Below, one piece after another: positions 57,921 through 64,000 of a stretch of 64,000 bases of DNA. Origin of the DNA: an uncultured Victivallales bacterium. Lineage in GTDB: Bacteria; Verrucomicrobiota; Lentisphaeria; Victivallales; UBA1829. Below the pieces are notes generated by a model, which ran no database searches, was not told the origin of the DNA, and saw only the letters and a list, made by a program, of their open reading frames with translations. The first letter of the stretch is position 1. Each line of letters opens with the position of its first letter. The position numbers were made by a program, and so were the translations under genes. The stretch is taken from contig CALXRI010000001.1 in assembly GCA_944390795.1 (NCBI GenBank), positions 141,092-205,091 of the forward strand. The letters are read 5' to 3'.

Positions 57921-59240
57921 TTAGAATTTCACAAGATCCTTCACTCTGACCGGCATGCCGGTTTTCATGGAGATGTTGCCGGCGATTCCGGTCAGGATGG
58001 AACGGGCGCCGTCAATGTATCCCGCGGCATGTCCCAGCGGATCGTCGGTGGCGCCGCGGAAGACGTCGGACAGCAGTTTCGGATCGCCGCCGCCATGTCC
58101 GCCCGAGCCTTTTTCATAGGTGATTTCCTGCGGTTTGCCCCAGTGCGGCTGGAAAATGATTTCCGGGACATGGGTGATGCGGTCTCCTCCGGTGGAATGC
58201 AGTCCGAAATCCTTGTTGAAGTCCTCGCTCCAGGCGAGATCGGCGACTTCTATCACGTTGAATTCCAGTCTGCCCTTTGTGCCGTTGAAGACCACCCGGT
58301 AGCCCTCCCAGGGGCAGTGCGCGCAGAGCGAGTAGGTCATGACCGTCTTGTTGGCGTAGCGGACCATCACGCCCATGTTGTCCTCGATGGAGATGCCGTC
58401 GCCGAAGACGCTCTGGTCGCGGTAATAGCCGTCTTCCTTCTCGGCGTTGAAGTAAAGTCCCATCAGCATTTCATCGTCCGCTTCGGAGACATGCAGCGCG
58501 AAAGGATCCTTTTCCGCCGCTTTGCTTCCGCGGGCGCGGGAGTAGAATTCCGTGATGCCGCGCTTTTCGGCATTTTCCTTTCCATAGAACTTCAGATCGC
58601 CCATCGCGAAGACGATTTCAGGGTAGGAGTCGATCCACCAGTTGATCAGGTCGAAATGGTGTGTCGCCTTGTGAACCAGAAGTCCGCCGGAGTTGTTTTT
58701 GTTGCGGTGCCAGCGGCGGAAATAGTCCGCGCCGTGACTGGTGGAGAGCAGCCATTCGAAATGGACGCTGGTGATTTCGCCGACCATGCCGCTCTTCAGG
58801 ATTTCCTTGACCTTGGTGTTCCGCGGGGAATACCGGTAGTTGAAGGTGACGATCAGGTCTTTTCCGGTACGTTTTTTGGTATCGACGATCTGCTGGCATT
58901 TTTCCGCGTCGACCGTCATGGGTTTTTCCGTCACGACGTCGCAGCCGAGTTCCATGGCCCGGCAGATGTACTTGTGATGCGTGCGGTCCATGCTGGTCAC
59001 AATGACCTTGTCCGGCTTGAGATCCGCAATCATTTTGTCGAAGTCCTGGGCCTTGTAAGTCGGGAGCGGAGCGATGCCGTATTGTTTCTGGAGGCGATTG
59101 TTCCAGTAGTCCATGCGAAGCTGGTTCGAGTCGCAAAGTCCGACCAGTTCGCCGACATCCTTGAAATCGCCGCAAAGCGCGTTCAGATACATGGAACTGC
59201 GTCCGCCGGTTCCCACCTGCACATACTTCTTTCTTGTCAT
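57921..59240 (-). CDS. Gfo/Idh/MocA family oxidoreductase (YteT-like)
   Basis: VGTGGR, TEKPM, TFNYRY, HGADYFRRWHR..SGGLLVHKATHHFD, GHGGGD. Confidence 0.92.
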   Translation of the reverse strand: MTRKKYVQVGTGGRSSMYLNALCGDFKDVGELVGLCDSNQLRMDYWNNRLQKQYGIAPLPTYKAQDFDKMIADLKPDKVIVTSMDRTHHKYICRAMELGCDVVTEKPMTVDAEKCQQIVDTKKRTGKDLIVTFNYRYSPRNTKVKEILKSGMVGEITSVHFEWLLSTSHGADYFRRWHRNKNNSGGLLVHKATHHFDLINWWIDSYPEIVFAMGDLKFYGKENAEKRGITEFYSRARGSKAAEKDPFALHVSEADDEMLMGLYFNAEKEDGYYRDQSVFGDGISIEDNMGVMVRYANKTVMTYSLCAHCPWEGYRVVFNGTKGRLEFNVIEVADLAWSEDFNKDFGLHSTGGDRITHVPEIIFQPHWGKPQEITYEKGSGGHGGGDPKLLSDVFRGATDDPLGHAAGYIDGARSILTGIAGNISMKTGMPVRVKDLVKF

Positions 59241-59303
59241 TTTTGAAAAACCTTTTTTTTCATTTTGACGTTTAACAGGAACATCGTTCCCAACTCTGTT
59301 TTT

Positions 59304-59332
59304 ATTATAATTGCCAACGTTGGCAATTTCAA
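59304..59332 (-). promoter_or_regulatory. Sigma70 promoter overlapped by a perfect 20-bp palindromic operator (LacI type)
   Basis: Minus strand TTGAAA(59332-59327)-17-TATAAT(59309-59304); palindrome AATTGCCAACGTTGGCAATT at 59309-59328. Confidence 0.85.
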
Positions 59333-59495
59333 GAAAAAAAAATAAATTTTTATGAAAAAGGCGATTTCCGGAGAGGTTTGCCGTTGAAAACTCCTTTCCC
59401 GCAATTGCTTTTTCCCGATTTCCGATTACAGTATTCTGTCCCGGCGGAAGCGCCGCGGACTGTCACGGAAAAATTTGCGGAGGAGACTGACAATC

Positions 59496-60158
59496 ATGAC
59501 GTGGGAATTCATCTTCCGGCTTGCGCTTGCCGGACTGCTGGGGGGGATCATCGGAATCGACCGCGAATACCGCGCGAAGGAAGCGGGGCTCAGGACCCAT
59601 TTCCTGGTGTCGCTTGGCAGTGCGCTGATTATGATTGTTTCCCAATGGGGGTTTCAGGATATTCTGCAATACGAGCATGTCGGGCTTGATCCGAGCCGAG
59701 TGGCGGCGCAGGTTGTCAGCGGAATCGGCTTCATCGGCGCTGGGACGATCATCCTGCAGAAACAGTTCGTGCGCGGCCTGACGACCGCGGCGGGACTCTG
59801 GGCGACCGCGGGAATCGGACTTGCGGTCGGCGGCGGGCTGTACTGGCTCGGCATTGCGGCGACGGCTCTGACTCTGATCGGGCTGGAGTTCCTCCGTTAT
59901 GTGTTCAAATATATCGGAATCGGCCTGAAGGTTTCAAAAGTGATTTTCACCATTGACGAAATCGACAAGGTCAAGCGCATTCTCGCAGACCTGAACAATG
60001 CGGGCTATCATATCGTCACCTATTCGCTGAAGGAGGAGCGCGAGGATCTGATTCGCGTCACGATGCTGGTGAAATCCCTGGAAAGCGGAAATGACGAGAA
60101 CCATCTTCTGATGCTCATCCAGAAAATGCCCGATGTGATGCTGGAAAAATTTGAATGA
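59496..60158 (+). CDS. MgtC/SapB family membrane protein
   Basis: IGIDRE..AGLRTHFLVSLGSA, DPSRVAAQVVSGIGFIGAG, VRGLTTAA. Confidence 0.93.
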   Translation: MTWEFIFRLALAGLLGGIIGIDREYRAKEAGLRTHFLVSLGSALIMIVSQWGFQDILQYEHVGLDPSRVAAQVVSGIGFIGAGTIILQKQFVRGLTTAAGLWATAGIGLAVGGGLYWLGIAATALTLIGLEFLRYVFKYIGIGLKVSKVIFTIDEIDKVKRILADLNNAGYHIVTYSLKEEREDLIRVTMLVKSLESGNDENHLLMLIQKMPDVMLEKFE

Positions 60159-60499
60159 GGACGCGTGTCCTGGAGGGGGCGGCGGGGGAATCTTTTCTTC
60201 TTCTTCCGGAAAAGCGTTTCCGCGGAAACGGGCTGTATCTGATGGATGAACCTGAAGCTGCGGTTTCAGTCTCCCGGCAGCTCCCCATGCTCCGGATCAT
60301 CCGGCGTCTGGAGGAACACGACTCCCAGCTGATCCTTGCGACTCATTTTCCGATCCTGATGGCGTATCCCGGCGCGGATCTTGTCCGGATCGATGCTTCG
60401 GGGATGACGCGCGTCTCCTACGAGGAGACCGAGCAGTACCGTGTCATGCGCCATTTCATGCTGGACTACCGCGCCGCGCTCCGGGAGAGCATGTCCTGA
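60155..60499 (+). pseudogene. C-terminal fragment of an ABC/AAA-type ATPase (COG3910-like), lacking Walker A
   Basis: GESFL..RFRGNGLYLMDEPEAA.S..RQL, ILATHFPILMAYPGA, YEETE; N-terminal half absent. Confidence 0.7.
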
Positions 60500-60797
60500 A
60501 GAAAAGCCGGCCTTTTCCGGCTGGGACATGTGATTTGCATGGAAAGCGGCAGGTGCGTTTTTCCAGTCTTTTCTCATGCAGGTCCGCGGGTTCGTCATTT
60601 CTCAGGATCATTTCCCGCATGTCTGAAAATTGCTTTCCCCCATGAACGAAACGGTTCCGCTGTTTCTCCGCCGCTCCGGCAATCTTCCGGAAAAAGCGTG
60701 AAAACCTGCACTTTTCCGCTTGAAAATTTCGGGAAATATCGCTATTATGCTGAAAGGAATCACGGCACGGGGAACTATTCGAAAGGGGAGAAGGCTT

Positions 60798-63602
60798 ATG
60801 GCTATCGGGACACTTCCGAAAGAGTTGCGGGGCGCTTGGATCTGGCTTCCGGAAACAAACAGAAAGAATTCGCATGATGTCCGTGTGTTTGCCAGAAAGG
60901 AATTTGTTCTGGAAAATTCCGTTCCATTCGCCGAGTTATGGATTTCCGCCATTCCCTCCTATCATGTCTATGTAAACGGCGAACACGTCGGATACGGTCC
61001 GGCGGCGCCGACGCGCACGAAATGCTACGCCGATTTCTATGACATCGCGCCCTATCTGGAAGTGGGATCCAACACCATATCCGTCATCGTCTGCGATATG
61101 GTGATTCCGACCTATTCCCGCTATCCGCACAAACCGAAAATCTGGTGTCAAGTGAATATCGACGACCGCCCGGTGTTCTGGACAGATTCCTCCTGGCGGA
61201 TCATGGAGCCGCGATGCTATGCGGGCGGACAGCCGCGCTGTCACGCCGGACTGGAATATGCCGAAAGCGTGAATCTCAAGGAGTTTCCCGCAGGCTGGCA
61301 GCTCTCCGGATTCAATGACAGGAACTGGCCTGAGGCGCGTGTCGTCTCCGCCGTAACGGCAAGCGATCCCGCCCTGGAAGTTTCCAATATCCGCCCGTTC
61401 ATGTGGTTTGAGACGGATACCCTGGAACCGTGGACGTCCGGAAAAATCCGCGAGGGAAGGGAGTTTACATTCCTTTCCTACCGGGATCTGGAACATTTTC
61501 AGCCGGGCACGTATGCCGCGCAGACCTACGTTCTGGCGGAGGACGACATGGAAACGGAAATAGAGATTTCCTCCGACGATCCCTTTGTGCTTTTCTGCAA
61601 CGACGACCTCGTTTTCATCCGCGAACAGAGCGTGACCGAGCCGCCTTTGTTCGAGGGATACGGGGCATTCAGCGTCGGAGGCGATCTGCAGGCGAATGCC
61701 GTTCTGCCTCTGAAAAAAGGATGGAACCGCATTCTCTGCATTCAGAAATGCAGCGCGAATCCGATGGGATTCATGATTGTGTTTCCGGCGCTTGCAAAAG
61801 GGAGCCTCGCGTTTCTGCGCGAACCGAACGACTCCTCCATGCCGGGCTGGATCTTTGAAGGTCCTCTCCGGATGCCGCTGGAGTTCTCCGCGCCCTCCCT
61901 TGTGCTGAACAGCTCGGAAGGGAACGGCTTTCTGCCGCTTTATGAACACCTGAACGATATTTCCGGCTATCTCAATTATTGCGATTATATTCCGGATGCC
62001 GAGCCGATCTCCTCCGCGGACAGCCTGATGGCAGGCGATTATGTCATTTACAACCTGGGCGAAATCCAGTACGGATTTCCCATTCTGGACATTTCGGGAG
62101 CCGACGGCGACGTCATCGACATCACATCCGGAATTCATCTGCTGGACGGACATGTGAAGTCCATCGGGCCGCTGGGACGGAAAACAGACACGATCCGGCT
62201 TGCAGCAGGCTCCAATTCCTGGATGCGTCTGGAGCCGCGCGGCGTGAAATACATCATGCTGACCGTGCGCAAGGCGGCGGAAACGGTGCAGCCGATTCTG
62301 CGGTTTGTCTCCTATTCCTCCGATTCCGCCGCGGATACCGATTTCAGCTGTTCGGACGAGGAGTTCAATGCAATCTGGAATTCCGCAGTTTCATCCATCC
62401 ATCAGTGCGCCTGTCAGAACATTATCGACAATCCATGCGGACGCCGCTGCCAGTCGCTTGCGGAATCCTATATCTACTCCATGACGCTTTACGCCCTTTT
62501 CGGCGGTTACAATCTTTCCGCAAAGGCGCTTGCCGAATTCGCGGAAGGACAGCTGGAGAACGGTATGATGCAGCAGATCGCACCTTCCGGCATCTTCTCC
62601 TACGCGCCGGACGTTTCGCTGCTCTGGGTGCTGTGGCTCAATGAGCACTGGACCGCCAGCGGAGACGCGGCATTCCGCGACAGCATGCTTCCGGCGCTGG
62701 ACCGCCTGATGGGTTTTTTCCGTTCCTGCGCGGTGAAAAACAATTCCCTGCTGCTGGTGGAAGAAGTCGGGAATTCCCTTTTCCTCAATGAAAACGGCGA
62801 TCTGGACGAGAGCGGAATGTTCACGCCGTTGAACGCGCTTTACTGCCGGGCGCTTCTTTCCGCTTCAAAACTGTATCATGACGCGGGAATGGAGGAAAAA
62901 AGCGCCGCATGCCTTGCCCAGGCCACAAGACTGGCCGAGCAGATCCGCAAGATGGCCTACGATCCGGAATCAGGCCTGTTCGCGGATTCCTGCTCCGACG
63001 GGGTCCGCTCCTCCCAGTGTTCCTTCCAGACCAACCTGATTGCGCTGTATTCCGGAGTGGCGAAGCCATCCTCCTTTGAAACTTTTTCCGAAAAATTCCT
63101 GCAGGAGAAGGAAATGCTCCTGCCGTTCTCCAATACGAAATTCTTTGCTTTTGTCCTGGAGACGCTGTTCGCCTTCAAACAGCAGTATTTTGCCATCGAA
63201 CTGATTCGGGATGCCTACCGCTACAACAGAAGACTGGAGGAGGAGAACCAGGCGAATCCGAATCCGCATATTTTCCCCATCATCGCTGCAAACTATATTA
63301 TCCGGGAGCTGCTCGGCATTCGCGCCGCCGTTCCCGGCATGAGCCAGATTTACTTCAATCCCGCCTGCCGGAACATCACTTCCGCCAGAGGACGCATTCC
63401 GAATGCGAGCGGCAGAATCGTTCTGGACTGGAAGCTGACCGATACCAACGAGCTGGTCGTGAACATTGACTCCAACCATCCGCTCGACGTGCTGCCGATG
63501 CTGGACGGAATCGACATTGCCGACAGCACGTTCAACCTGGGGAATTATGTCAATCTCCTGGATCCGGACAGCGGCGGGGAGGAGCCGGAAAAACCGGCGT
63601 GA
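60798..63602 (+). CDS. GH78 alpha-L-rhamnosidase-like protein, divergent
   Basis: WIW, FARKEF, Y.VYVNG..VG.GP, YDIAPYL..G.NTI, TDSSWR, FSCSDEEFNAIW, LLGI..P, GRIP..SG.I..W. Confidence 0.75.
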   Translation: MAIGTLPKELRGAWIWLPETNRKNSHDVRVFARKEFVLENSVPFAELWISAIPSYHVYVNGEHVGYGPAAPTRTKCYADFYDIAPYLEVGSNTISVIVCDMVIPTYSRYPHKPKIWCQVNIDDRPVFWTDSSWRIMEPRCYAGGQPRCHAGLEYAESVNLKEFPAGWQLSGFNDRNWPEARVVSAVTASDPALEVSNIRPFMWFETDTLEPWTSGKIREGREFTFLSYRDLEHFQPGTYAAQTYVLAEDDMETEIEISSDDPFVLFCNDDLVFIREQSVTEPPLFEGYGAFSVGGDLQANAVLPLKKGWNRILCIQKCSANPMGFMIVFPALAKGSLAFLREPNDSSMPGWIFEGPLRMPLEFSAPSLVLNSSEGNGFLPLYEHLNDISGYLNYCDYIPDAEPISSADSLMAGDYVIYNLGEIQYGFPILDISGADGDVIDITSGIHLLDGHVKSIGPLGRKTDTIRLAAGSNSWMRLEPRGVKYIMLTVRKAAETVQPILRFVSYSSDSAADTDFSCSDEEFNAIWNSAVSSIHQCACQNIIDNPCGRRCQSLAESYIYSMTLYALFGGYNLSAKALAEFAEGQLENGMMQQIAPSGIFSYAPDVSLLWVLWLNEHWTASGDAAFRDSMLPALDRLMGFFRSCAVKNNSLLLVEEVGNSLFLNENGDLDESGMFTPLNALYCRALLSASKLYHDAGMEEKSAACLAQATRLAEQIRKMAYDPESGLFADSCSDGVRSSQCSFQTNLIALYSGVAKPSSFETFSEKFLQEKEMLLPFSNTKFFAFVLETLFAFKQQYFAIELIRDAYRYNRRLEEENQANPNPHIFPIIAANYIIRELLGIRAAVPGMSQIYFNPACRNITSARGRIPNASGRIVLDWKLTDTNELVVNIDSNHPLDVLPMLDGIDIADSTFNLGNYVNLLDPDSGGEEPEKPA

Positions 63603-63673
63603 TGCGGGACCGGTTCACCGGAACAGGCGTTTCCGCGGACTGACGGTTTCCCGCAGGAAAGAATGTCCGCACC

Positions 63674-64000
63674 TTATCCTTTTTGGGGCGAGAAAAGCAG
63701 TTCCTTCTGCCATTTTCTGCCGTTCATGTCGCGATAAAGCAGATAGAAATTTCCGCTTGAGTCAAGCACGGCAAGACATCTGGCGTGGGGAATGGAGAAT
63801 ATCCGGACCGGATCCCCCGGTTTTTTCGGTGTGATATCCTCGGGTATGATGGAACTTTTCTTTTCCAGCGTGGGAAGCGCGAACTGGACGATCTCGCCTT
63901 TCCGGCTCATAAGGGCGAAAAACGTGTCCGGCTCAAAAGAGTCCGCCAGAATTCCTCCGCAGTTATTTCCGAAGCGCCGCACGCTTCCGTTCAGGATGCA
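63674..64000 (-). CDS. 3' end of a hypothetical protein entering from the right edge
   Basis: Frame is open from the window end (CILNGSVRRFG...) to the stop at 63674. Confidence 0.5.
   Translation of the reverse strand, partial: CILNGSVRRFGNNCGGILADSFEPDTFFALMSRKGEIVQFALPTLEKKSSIIPEDITPKKPGDPVRIFSIPHARCLAVLDSSGNFYLLYRDMNGRKWQKELLFSPQKG

Overview
GC-rich bacterial chromosome segment, most likely from a PVC-superphylum Lentisphaerota (Victivallales-like) organism. This is inferred from a prepilin/H-X9-DG protein, a DUF4838-type secreted glycan enzyme, waaA (diderm envelope) and a long signal peptidase. Most of the window is housekeeping: uvrB, tsaE, thiL, cls, tRNA deaminase, thiC, waaA, aroQ-accB-accC, tRNA-Lys, glgC, tsaC, ttcA, pdxB, holA, prfB. 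Notable items: (1) a Tad-like operon with an FHA-fused CpaF ATPase, an FHA-TM protein and a PEGA lipoprotein, but no pilin or secretin in view; (2) a tandem 148-bp multi-hairpin element with compensatory changes and GNA triloops, lying between a short secreted leader-like ORF and a CNNM/CorC metal transporter; (3) an AraC-controlled prepilin + glycan-enzyme operon with a 21-bp-spaced direct repeat; (4) a tRNA-adjacent islet (IS3 remnant, CE15 esterase, AraC, unknown enzyme) whose two flanking promoters share a motif; (5) a 1431-aa GH13+GH133 glycogen debranching fusion; (6) an accBC-Asp23-Asp23-AmaP-like cluster; (7) several internally deleted or degenerate enzyme genes; (8) a perfect 20-bp LacI-type operator inside a consensus promoter. 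All calls come from motif recognition by eye; no database searches were run.
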